The notes under the pieces are model-generated. The model ran no database searches and had not been told where the DNA came from. It saw only the letters and a program-made list of their open reading frames with translations. A program made the position numbers and the translations under genes. Below are positions 1 through 8,422 of a stretch of DNA of 64,000 bases, piece after piece; within the stretch, counting starts at the first letter, position 1; every line of letters begins with the position of its first letter. Source of the stretch: Candidatus Latescibacterota bacterium (GTDB taxonomy: Bacteria > Latescibacterota > UBA2968 > GCA-2709665). The stretch is taken from the NCBI GenBank assembly GCA_965226795.1, contig CBDDDZ010000005.1, positions 1,248,001 through 1,312,000 on the forward strand, in the 5' to 3' direction.

Positions 1-2
1 GC

Positions 3-857
3 AAGCCCGTGGGCGCGGGCGTCATTTTCATCCCTATCTATCTGGTCGTGTGTTTCCTGATTCTCCCGCCGGGTTCCCAGTACTGGCAGATCCTGGTCTG
101 TGTTTTCCTCGCGATGCTGGTCGGGTTTCTGGATGATCGAAGCCCGGGGGGATGGGGCGAATATCGGGTGGGGGCCATCGATCTGGGCATTTCGTTACTG
201 GGCGCGATGGTCATTTGCCAGTTGGAACCCGTCGACGTCTGGTTGCCGCTGATGAAGACGTCGGTTTCGGTTCCGCCGTGGATTTTTGTGCCTGGAGCCG
301 CGCTGCTGATCTGGGTTTCAATCAATGCCACCAACTGTACCGACGGCGTGGACGGGCTGTCGGGCAGCCTGAGTGTCATGGCCTTTGTCTATCTGGGAAC
401 GATTCTATACGGGATTGTGGGGCACCGGGACATCGCCAGGTATCTGCTCGTGCCGCATTATCCCGATGGTGCGGTCTGGGCGCTGTTTGCATTTTCCATG
501 GCCGGGTGTCTGGCCGGTTATCTGTGGTACAATGCCTATCCCAGCGCCGTGCTGATGGGAGACGCGGGTTCCCGCCCGATGGGTTTTTTGCTAGGGACGC
601 TGGTTCTGGCCTGCGGCAATCCGTTTCTGATCGTCGTCGTTGCCGGGGTGGTTCTGGTGAACGGCGCCACGGGACTCCTGAAAGTAGCGCTGTTGCGCTT
701 TTTAAAGATCGGGATCTTTCAGACCGTTCGTTATCCCCTGCACGATCATTTTCGGCACAAAAACGGTTGGTCGAACACCCATGTGCTCGTGCGGTTTATT
801 CTGCTTCAGGCGTTTGTAACGCCAATTCTGCTGGTTCTGCTGGTCAAGATCCGTTAA
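3..857 (+). CDS. mraY: Phospho-N-acetylmuramoyl-pentapeptide transferase (GT4/MraY family), probably 5'-truncated by the window edge
   Basis: Multi-TM protein with MraY motifs GFLDD, NATNCTDGVDGL, VLMGDAGS and PLHDHF. The frame is open back to position 3 (KPVGAG). Confidence 0.85.
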   Translation, partial: KPVGAGVIFIPIYLVVCFLILPPGSQYWQILVCVFLAMLVGFLDDRSPGGWGEYRVGAIDLGISLLGAMVICQLEPVDVWLPLMKTSVSVPPWIFVPGAALLIWVSINATNCTDGVDGLSGSLSVMAFVYLGTILYGIVGHRDIARYLLVPHYPDGAVWALFAFSMAGCLAGYLWYNAYPSAVLMGDAGSRPMGFLLGTLVLACGNPFLIVVVAGVVLVNGATGLLKVALLRFLKIGIFQTVRYPLHDHFRHKNGWSNTHVLVRFILLQAFVTPILLVLLVKIR

Positions 858-928
858 GCCGCGGATCCGGGTACGGGCGTGGTCTCCGCCCCGCGTGGAA
901 CCTGAGACGGAACGCGTGAGAGGTATAT

Positions 929-2287
929 ATGGACGGAAAAGAGACGTTGAAGCGGAAAATCTGCGAGGCTATCGACAGGCGCCACGGACAGATCGAGCGG
1001 ATCGGGGACCACATCATGGCCCATCCTGAAACAGGTTTCAAGGAATTCGAGACCTCCAGGCTGGCGACAGATACCATGGAGGAGTTCGGAATTTCGCCGG
1101 AGACCGGGCTGGGGATTACGGGCGTGAAGGGTATCCTGCGAGGCGCGAAACCCGGGCCGACGCTGGCCTTGATTGGAGAACTGGATTCGCTGGTCGTGTC
1201 GGACCATCCCATGGCGAATCCCGAAACCGGCGCCGCCCACGCCTGTGGACACAACGCGCAGATCGCCGGACTGCTGGGCGCGATGATGGGCATGGTCGAC
1301 ACCGGCGCGGCCGGGTCCCTGGCCGGAAACGTCGTGTTCTTCGCTGTGCCCGCGGAAGAGTACATCGAGGTCGAATACAGGATGGGGCTGGTGAAGGAAG
1401 GAAAGTTGGAATTTTTGGGAGGGAAGCCGGAACTCCTCCGACTCGGGCATTTCGACGACATCGATATGGCGGCCATGATCCACACCCACAGCGACCCCAA
1501 CATGAAAAAGGCGGCGGTTTCCGAGTCCTGCAATGGCTGTCTGGTGAAGATGATCCGTTTCATTGGCCGGGCCTCGCACGCCGGGGGGGCGCCGCACCGG
1601 GGGATTAACGCGTTGAACGCTTCCCAGATTGCGTTGATGGCCATTCATGCGCAGCGGGAAACGTTCCGGGACAACGACTCGATCCGGGTGCATCCGATTA
1701 TCACCAAAGGCGGAGATATCGTGAACGTGGTGCCGGCGGAGGTCCGGATGGAGACATACGTCAGAGGGAAGACGAACGAAGCGATGCTGGACGCCAACGA
1801 AAAGGTCGACCGGGCGATCCGAGCCGGCGCCATGGCGGTGGGCGCACGGGTGGAGATCGAAACGCTGCCGGGATACATGCCCCTTCGGAACGATCGCGAA
1901 TTGAGCGCGGTATTCGAAGCGAACTCGAAGGCGTTGTTCGGCGAAGACGAGTTCTGCGAGGTTTCCCACCGAACGGGATCGACGGATATGGGAGATCTGT
2001 CCCACATCATGCCGGCGATCCATCCATATATGTCCGGGGCGGACGGCATGGGTCACAGCGCGGATTGGCACATTTCGGACAAGGAAATGGGGTATCTGGC
2101 GCCTGCGAAATCGCTGGCGCTGCTGGCGGTGGACCTGCTGCACGGCGACGGCGAAACGGCAACGGGTCTGCTTCGGGTTTTCAAACCCGCGATGACAAAG
2201 GACCAATACCTGGCTTTTCAGCGGGCGCTGTTCAAGACGGAGAAGTACGACGGGGCAAGCGGCGGGGACAGCGGAAATCTGGAATGA
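929..2287 (+). CDS. M20 family amidohydrolase (M20D/Acy1-like)
   Basis: HPETGFKE, GELDSL, HACGH, PAEE, GRASHAG and GSTDMGD motifs. RBS GAGG upstream. Confidence 0.9.
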   Translation: MDGKETLKRKICEAIDRRHGQIERIGDHIMAHPETGFKEFETSRLATDTMEEFGISPETGLGITGVKGILRGAKPGPTLALIGELDSLVVSDHPMANPETGAAHACGHNAQIAGLLGAMMGMVDTGAAGSLAGNVVFFAVPAEEYIEVEYRMGLVKEGKLEFLGGKPELLRLGHFDDIDMAAMIHTHSDPNMKKAAVSESCNGCLVKMIRFIGRASHAGGAPHRGINALNASQIALMAIHAQRETFRDNDSIRVHPIITKGGDIVNVVPAEVRMETYVRGKTNEAMLDANEKVDRAIRAGAMAVGARVEIETLPGYMPLRNDRELSAVFEANSKALFGEDEFCEVSHRTGSTDMGDLSHIMPAIHPYMSGADGMGHSADWHISDKEMGYLAPAKSLALLAVDLLHGDGETATGLLRVFKPAMTKDQYLAFQRALFKTEKYDGASGGDSGNLE

Positions 2288-2401
2288 TGCGCTGAGCATC
2301 GGGCGGCGCCAGCCGGCCCATGTCAAAGCGTCCGGTTCATTTTTGGAAACACGCGGCGACGGCTCATAGTGAACGAAGTCGCGAACGATTTTTACTCCCG
2401 C

Positions 2402-3580
2402 TCAGATCACGTTGATCGCGCGCGTTCCGGCGCTCCCGATTCGTTTCGGCCCGTCCCGCTCGAGAACGGCCAGTTCTTCCACCAGCCAGGATCCCTCCAG
2501 CGAGAGGACGTTTCCTTCCTCGAACACGATGTCAGGAGCCACGCGTTCGTGGCCCGTCGGGTAGGCGGAACTCATTCTGGGTTCCTCGTGAACGTCCATC
2601 CCCACCCCGTGAACCAACCACAGGGGGGCGTCCGATTTTTCGGCTCTGAACTCACGACGGCAGGCCTCGAAGACTTCCCGTTTGGTCTTGCCCGGGCGTA
2701 CCACGTCATACATAAACGTAGTGCGTCGGACGTGGGCATTCACGGTTTCAACCGCTTTCGGAGTCGGCTGCCCGAAACACAACGGAAACTTGAAGTCGCT
2801 CACGTATCCCTGGTAGCATATGTTCCAATCCAGGCGCGTGGTTCCGACGTCTTGAGGGGCGGCGTGCGGCGCGGGCCATCGGGTGAGGCCTTCGGGTTCC
2901 CAGCCCATTGCGTCCGGCGTCGGCCCTTGAGCCGGCGCCTGGTTCAGAGATGGCGAGTGCTCGAAATCGGAACAGATGAAATCGAAAGGATTGATCTGAT
3001 GCGGCGCCGCACCGCGGTTCAATACCGTGCAAGCGAGCGAGCGCCCCACATCCGACCAGGATGCCGCCCGTCGCATTTCTTCACGGGCGTCCTCGAAAGC
3101 CTGCCCGGCAATCTGCACGGCTCTTCGTATACAGTCGACTTCCCTGGCGGTTTTCACGGTTCGCGTACGGATCATAATCGACTCGGCGTCTTCCAGCCGG
3201 GCATCGGGAAGGGCGTCCCGCAAGGCGAACACCATCCCCGGAGAGAGTCCCGCGTCCAGGCCGATCCGCCCTCGATGAAGATTTCGTTTTTTCAGTTGTT
3301 CGATCGCCACCTCAAGATAGTCTTTCACGTAATCGTCGGTACCGTAGGTTTCTGTGGGAAGGTCCGGCAGGTTGAGGCCCCGGGCCCCCACGGTGAAGGA
3401 TTTGTCGGGCGGCGCGATAACGCAGAGCGTCAGAATCCATCCATCGTTGGTGCTGTTGTACATCGCGTCCCTGAAGAGGAGGTCGCTGCGCAGGTACAGC
3501 GTGTTCTTCCGTCCGGCGAGGATCAGGGCATCGAGTCCGCTTTCGGCGATTAACGATTTCAACCTCTGAACATTGGCCAT
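2402..3580 (-). CDS. M24 family (Xaa-Pro aminopeptidase/creatinase-like) metallopeptidase
   Basis: RTVKTAREV, LDWN..YQGYVSD, HGVGMDVHEEP and LSLEG..VEE metal ligands. Start moved to MANVQ (ATG at 3580) behind GGAGA. Confidence 0.85.
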   Translation of the reverse strand: MANVQRLKSLIAESGLDALILAGRKNTLYLRSDLLFRDAMYNSTNDGWILTLCVIAPPDKSFTVGARGLNLPDLPTETYGTDDYVKDYLEVAIEQLKKRNLHRGRIGLDAGLSPGMVFALRDALPDARLEDAESIMIRTRTVKTAREVDCIRRAVQIAGQAFEDAREEMRRAASWSDVGRSLACTVLNRGAAPHQINPFDFICSDFEHSPSLNQAPAQGPTPDAMGWEPEGLTRWPAPHAAPQDVGTTRLDWNICYQGYVSDFKFPLCFGQPTPKAVETVNAHVRRTTFMYDVVRPGKTKREVFEACRREFRAEKSDAPLWLVHGVGMDVHEEPRMSSAYPTGHERVAPDIVFEEGNVLSLEGSWLVEELAVLERDGPKRIGSAGTRAINVI

Positions 3581-3922
3581 GCTGGTGTCTCCGCGTTTCC
3601 GTATCGCCAGCCGGTTTAAGCTGACAGCTGTACGCTGATGGCTGAACGCTATTCCCGCCGGAGGCAGGGTATTTGAGGAGCAGTGGATGTAGAATAATGT
3701 ATCCACACAGGGAATACGAAACAAGCGGATTGTGGCCCGAATGCGGCTTCGTTACGTGCAAGGCGGAAATCCGGATTCGAATTGCCACCGGTCATTATCG
3801 CATCCCATCAATACCAATAGGATCCGTGGGTGGCGCGTCAGTCGGCTGTTGTATGGGCAGCCAGCCACCCGATGGTTACACAACGGCGATTGTGGCCGGG
3901 GAGCCAATAAAGGAGAAAGATA

Positions 3923-5551
3923 ATGACAGGTACGAATGACACGAAAATAGGCTGGAATGCTGTCAGCAGTACCGGTGCTGTCGCCGCGGGTGGCGCCGGG
4001 GCCGTGGCGGCGGGGATCGGGATTCTCGAACGGGGCGGGAATGCGGCCGACGCGGCGGCGGGGACCATCCTCGCGCTGAACGTGACGGATCACGGAGCGT
4101 GCTCGATCGGCGGCGAGGTTCCCGTGATGGTCTACGATGCCTCCAAAACGGAGGTCAAAACGCTTTCCGGCCAGGGGCGGGCGCCGCTTTCGCCGGAAGC
4201 GATTGACTGGTACATGGAAAACGGCATTCCCGATAAAGACATCAAGATGGCGCCGGTCCCGTCGGTCGTGGATCTGTGTATAACCCTGCTCCAGAGGTAC
4301 GGAACCCTGACGTTTGCGGAGATTGTAGCGCCGACGCTCGCGATTCTGGATGCGGCGGAGGAATCGTGGCATCCAAGACTTGCCGTGACGCTTCGCAGGC
4401 TGGCCGAGGCGGAACAGGTCGCCGCCGGAAGCCGGGAGGAAAAATTAGCGGCCGCGAGCGACCGCTTCTATGGCCGGAACGGGGCCCGGCAGGACGTCGC
4501 CGACGCGCTGGAGGCGGATTATATTGAAAAAGGCGGTTTTCTGCGCAAGGCCGACCTCGCGGCCCACCGGACGCTGATTGAAGATCCGGTTTTGGTCAAC
4601 TACCGGGGATACGACGTGTATAAGTGCGGACCGTGGACGCAGGGGCCGTATCTCTGCCAGGCGTTGCGCCTCCTGGAAGGCTTCGATCTGAAATCCATGG
4701 GGCACCTTTCCGCGGACTATGTGCACGTGGCTGTCGAAGCACTTAAGCTGGCCATGGCCGACAGGGACGCGTATTATGCCGACCCGGACTTCGCCGCCGT
4801 TCCGTTGACCGAATTGCTGTCGGACGCATATACTGAAATTCGCCGGCCGTTGATCGATATGGAGAGGGCGTCTCTCAACGCCCGCCCGGGTGATCCACAT
4901 CGAATGGAGCCGCTCAAAGGGACCGGTGTGTTCGAACCGGGCATCGGCGGAACGACGACGTGCGTGGTCGCCGACCGCTGGGGAAATGTTATTGCGGCAA
5001 CGCCAAGCGCGAACGTATACCGCGGCGAAACCCCTCTGGGTGGGCGCACGGGCGTTTCATACGGAAACCGCCTGAGAAGCCTGAATACGACACCGGGTCA
5101 TCCGAACTGTATCCAGCCGGGCAAGCGTCCGCGCATTACGTTGACCCCGACGCTGGTTCTGAAAGACGGCATGCCAATCCTGGCGATCAGCGTCGCGGGC
5201 GGGGACCTCCAGGACCAGGCGACGCTGAATCTGCTCCTGGACTTCATCGAGTTCGACATGCTTCCCGAAGCCGCCGTCACTGCGCCACGTTTCGCCACGG
5301 CGCACCACGAAGACTCGTTCGATCCGAATCCCGATCGGGCCGCAACGTTTAAATCGGTCGGTTCCCTGTCAATAGGCGAACGTGTCGGCAGGGACGTCCG
5401 TGCCGAACTCGCGGCGCGCGGACATCGCGTCGCGTCGACGAACGGGCCAATAGCGACGCCCGTAATGCTCTTCATCGATCAGGAGAGCGGGCGGTTCCAC
5501 GCCGCCGGCGACCCCGCCGCCGGACGCCACGCGGCGGGCCTGGCGGGATAG
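3923..5551 (+). CDS. Gamma-glutamyltransferase family protein (Ntn hydrolase)
   Basis: GGNAADAA, SIGGE, EALKLAMADR, autocatalytic Thr in GGTTTCVVADRWGN, PGKRPRITLTP, GGDLQDQ. RBS AAGGAG. Confidence 0.9.
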   Translation: MTGTNDTKIGWNAVSSTGAVAAGGAGAVAAGIGILERGGNAADAAAGTILALNVTDHGACSIGGEVPVMVYDASKTEVKTLSGQGRAPLSPEAIDWYMENGIPDKDIKMAPVPSVVDLCITLLQRYGTLTFAEIVAPTLAILDAAEESWHPRLAVTLRRLAEAEQVAAGSREEKLAAASDRFYGRNGARQDVADALEADYIEKGGFLRKADLAAHRTLIEDPVLVNYRGYDVYKCGPWTQGPYLCQALRLLEGFDLKSMGHLSADYVHVAVEALKLAMADRDAYYADPDFAAVPLTELLSDAYTEIRRPLIDMERASLNARPGDPHRMEPLKGTGVFEPGIGGTTTCVVADRWGNVIAATPSANVYRGETPLGGRTGVSYGNRLRSLNTTPGHPNCIQPGKRPRITLTPTLVLKDGMPILAISVAGGDLQDQATLNLLLDFIEFDMLPEAAVTAPRFATAHHEDSFDPNPDRAATFKSVGSLSIGERVGRDVRAELAARGHRVASTNGPIATPVMLFIDQESGRFHAAGDPAAGRHAAGLAG

Positions 5552-5579
5552 GAGAATGAGGAAATAACGCGGTTGCGCG

Positions 5580-5760
5580 AGCTCTATGAGATTCGCGCTA
5601 TGACGTAAGACGCGCCCACTTCGAGTACATCGAGGGGTGGTGCAATCTACATCGAAAACATTCAGCTTTGGTACACCACCCACCCACAACCTGCGAGAAA
5701 GACCATCAAACGTGGGCGAGACTCCAGGCCCTGAACCGCATCTAAACCGGGGAAACTCCA
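5580..5760 (+). mobile_element. IS3-family insertion sequence remnant (transposase C-terminus plus degenerate right inverted repeat)
   Basis: From 5620 reads FEYIEGWCNLHRKHSAL, matching the IS3 integrase C-terminal consensus FEYIExWYNxxRRHSAL. Followed by IR-like ends ...GGCGAGACTCCA (5726) and ...TAAACCGGGGAAACTCCA (5760). Confidence 0.7.
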
Positions 5761-5777
5761 ATCAGAAAGGGAATAAT

Positions 5778-7627
5778 ATGTCTTCTGGTTGTATCGGGAA
5801 GAATAAATATGGGCTTATTTGTCTTTTGCTGACTACCGTCGTCGGAACCTCGGTTGGGCAACCTGGAGCCGTAGCCACTGAACCGTTTGTACAGCAAGCC
5901 AAACTGTCGGACCTGGACGGCGTTGTAACCCGACTTGCAGATCACCAGGGGATTTCTGTATCCGTGGATGGAAACACTGCGGTCGTGGGTGCTTCGGGAG
6001 ACGAGAATAACAGAGGCTCGGCGTATGTGTTCAAGTATGATGGCGCGGCGTGGACGGAAACGTCCAGGCTGACCGCTTCCGACGGCAAAGCCAATGACTT
6101 GTTCGGGCATTCAGTGGCTGTGGACGGAAACATCATCGTCGTGAGCAGCGCAAACCGGGCGTATGTGTTCACGTTTGATGGGTCGGCATGGTCGCAAGCA
6201 GCCAGACTCGAGATTGATGTCGACCAGGATGCCAATATTTGGAGTGGTCTGGCGCCTGTATCTGTTTCAGGTGGCACCATTGTTGTGAGTGTCCCCGGGG
6301 ATAACAATAGAAAGGGCTCGGTGTATGTGTTCACGCCTGACGGCTACACGTGGACAGAAACAGCCAGGCTGACTGCCGCCGATGCGAGGCCCGTGACCTC
6401 TTCGGTTATTCTGTATCGGTAGACGGTCGCACCATTGTCGTGGGCGCCCAGGGAGATGGTCGCTATAGGGGCTCGGCGTATGTATTCACGTATGAAGGTG
6501 AGATGTGGGCGGAATCGGCCAAGCTGACTCCTGCGGACGGCGAAGCCCATGATTATTTCGGGCATTCCATATCAATGGATGGTCGCACCATTGTCGCAGG
6601 TACTGATTGGGATACCGACAGTGGCAGGCGGTCCGGCTCGGCGTATGTGTTCACGCATGATGGTGAGGAGTGGTCAGAAACGGTCAAGCTGACCGCTTCC
6701 GATGGGGAAGCATATGACTTGTTCGGGCATTCCGTATCTGTTTCGGAAAGTACCATTGTGGCCGGCGCATTTGGAGATGAGAACTTCAGGGGCTCGGCAT
6801 ATGTGTTCACGCACGATGGCGGTAAGTGGGCTGAAACAACCAGGCTGACGGCCGCCGACGGTAATGGTTACGTTAGCGACGACTTCGGAAATTCCGTGTC
6901 TGTGGATGGTCGCACAATTGTCGTAGGTGCTTCGGGGGTCGAGAATAACAGGGGCTCCGGATCCGTGTTTACGTATGACGGTGAGATGTGGGCGGAAACG
7001 GCCGGGCTGATCGCTTCCGACGGCGAAGCGAATGACGGTTTCGGGCATTCCGTGTCTGTGGATGGAGACACTGCGGTCGTGGGTGCTTCGGGAGACGAGA
7101 ATAGCAGGGGCTCGTCGTATGTGTTCGTGTATGTTGGTGAGACGTGGAAGGAAAAGGTCAAGTTGACTGCTTCCGACGGCGAGGCCTATGACGGCTTTGG
7201 GCAGTCCGTGTCCGTTTCAGGTCGCACCATTGTCGCGGGTACCGATAGGGACGCTGATATTGGCAGGGGTTCCGGCTCGGCGTATGTGTTCACGTATGAT
7301 GGAGAATCGTGGGCCGAAACGGCCAAGCTGACCGCCGCCGCCGGGATTGCCAACGACTACTTCGGAGGGTCTGTGTCCGTGGATAGGGGAGTCGTGGTGG
7401 TTGGGGCAACCGGGGGCGATAATCTCAGAGGCGCCGCGTACGTGTTTCGAGTGCCACTGCTGGAGCGCGCCGACGTGGATGGCAATGGGGTCATTGATCT
7501 GCCGGATTTCCTTGCGTTTGCCGGGGCTTTGGGAACCACTGACTTCCGGTTTGACTTTAATGAAGACGGAACTGTTGAATTCTCCGACTTTTTGATCTTT
7601 GTCGGTCTCTACGGTCAGTCCGCCTGA
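5778..7627 (+). pseudogene. Secreted FG-GAP-repeat (integrin-like propeller) protein with C-terminal double EF-hand/dockerin-like domain; one frameshift near 6385
   Basis: Signal-peptide-like N-terminus and about 10 repeats of 'LTASDGEAxDxFGxSVSVDGxTIVVGAxGD..GSAYVF'. GATGCGAG at ~6381 lacks one G relative to the GAC/TGGCGAG of sister repeats. Ends DVDGNGVIDLPDFLAF...DFNEDGTVEFSDFLIF. Confidence 0.85.
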
Positions 7628-7800
7628 CGCCACGCGGCGGGGCCGGAGAAGCAGAAACGAGATAAAAGCGACGCTACCGGTGGGGGGCGCCTGAAAACAG
7701 TATAGGCGGCGACGCCATGATTTCGGATCCCGTTACAAAACGAGAGACTGGATCGGTAAACATACGCACATGAATTCGTATCACGAAAACCTGGGAATGG

Positions 7801-7901
7801 CCATATATGGTTTTTCAACCATATATGGCTTTTTTGTTTTATAATCCTTTAAATAATATATACTTACAGGATAAATCCGAATATTTGTTGACCATATATG
7901 G
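7801..7901. promoter_or_regulatory. Three perfect CCATATATGG palindromes, putative upstream activator (enhancer) sites
   Basis: At 7801-7810, 7819-7828 and 7892-7901, about 100-200 bp upstream of a sigma-54 promoter. Confidence 0.65.
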
Positions 7902-7997
7902 TTAAATAGAGTGTAAGTCGAGACGTACTGCCTTTCATTTTTATGATATAATATAAAAATAATAGTTTATGAATATTTCGGCGTCGACGCCCCGCAT

Positions 7998-8012
7998 TGG
8001 CACGTAATTTGA
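7998..8012 (+). promoter_or_regulatory. Sigma-54 (-24/-12) promoter
   Basis: TGGCACG-TAAT-TTGA versus consensus TGGCACG-N4-TTGC. Conserved in the duplicated copy. Confidence 0.7.
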
Positions 8013-8422
8013 CATTAATATTAAAATTTGTGCAAGAATCCCTTCGATAAAGTGGGGGACTTTGGCGACCTGCAAGCCAATTTCCCATGTTCGCAAGGAA
8101 GTTGAACCAGACAGACAGCGTCGCTCACCACCTCGCCGTTAAATTGGCGGTATAAAGGAGACAGTTGCGTGGACTCGTACTGTCTCATCCGTATGCACCG
8201 CGTTCCTCGCTTTTCGGACATTATTGGCAAATAGTCCATTGCTTTGCCCATTGTCCAATTTCCGATGTCGTTGCAGTCTGCGCCAACTTTGGCTGCTTTC
8301 GTTCAACCCGGCTTTGGTGTGAAACGCACGGCATCACGGCCCCAGTCTCTCAGGAGGCAGGGCACAAGTGCGAAATACAGTTTTCGTGCGAGTTTTTTCC
8401 GGGATATCTTAAGGTTGTTTCC

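Larger units (their letters stand above)
7797..8370 (+). repeat. Copy A of a ~580 bp diverged duplicated cassette (palindromes, AT tract, sigma-54 promoter, leader)
   Basis: Colinear with 11942-12525. Shared blocks include GGCCATATATGGTTTTT, ATAAATCCGA, TAAAAATAAYAGTTTATGAATAT, TTGGCACG, GGGGACTTTGGC and CTCTCAGGAGG. Confidence 0.9.

Noticed and set aside
854..3553. Long antisense ORFs (854-2326, 2369-3553; likewise 23210-24709, 30275-31438, 35920-37020, 38592-39695, 41009-42007)
   Set aside because: Shadow ORFs opposite well-supported genes in GC-rich DNA, with no motifs.
5950..7450. Regularly spaced DNA repeats resembling a CRISPR array or DGR template/variable repeats
   Set aside because: They are in-frame, degenerate ~150-bp FG-GAP coding repeats. 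There are no identical repeats with unique spacers, and no cas or reverse transcriptase gene in the window.
7801..7901. CCATATATGG matches the eukaryotic CArG box (MADS/SRF site)
   Set aside because: The context is bacterial, with a sigma-54 promoter and activator next to it. The match is most likely coincidental.
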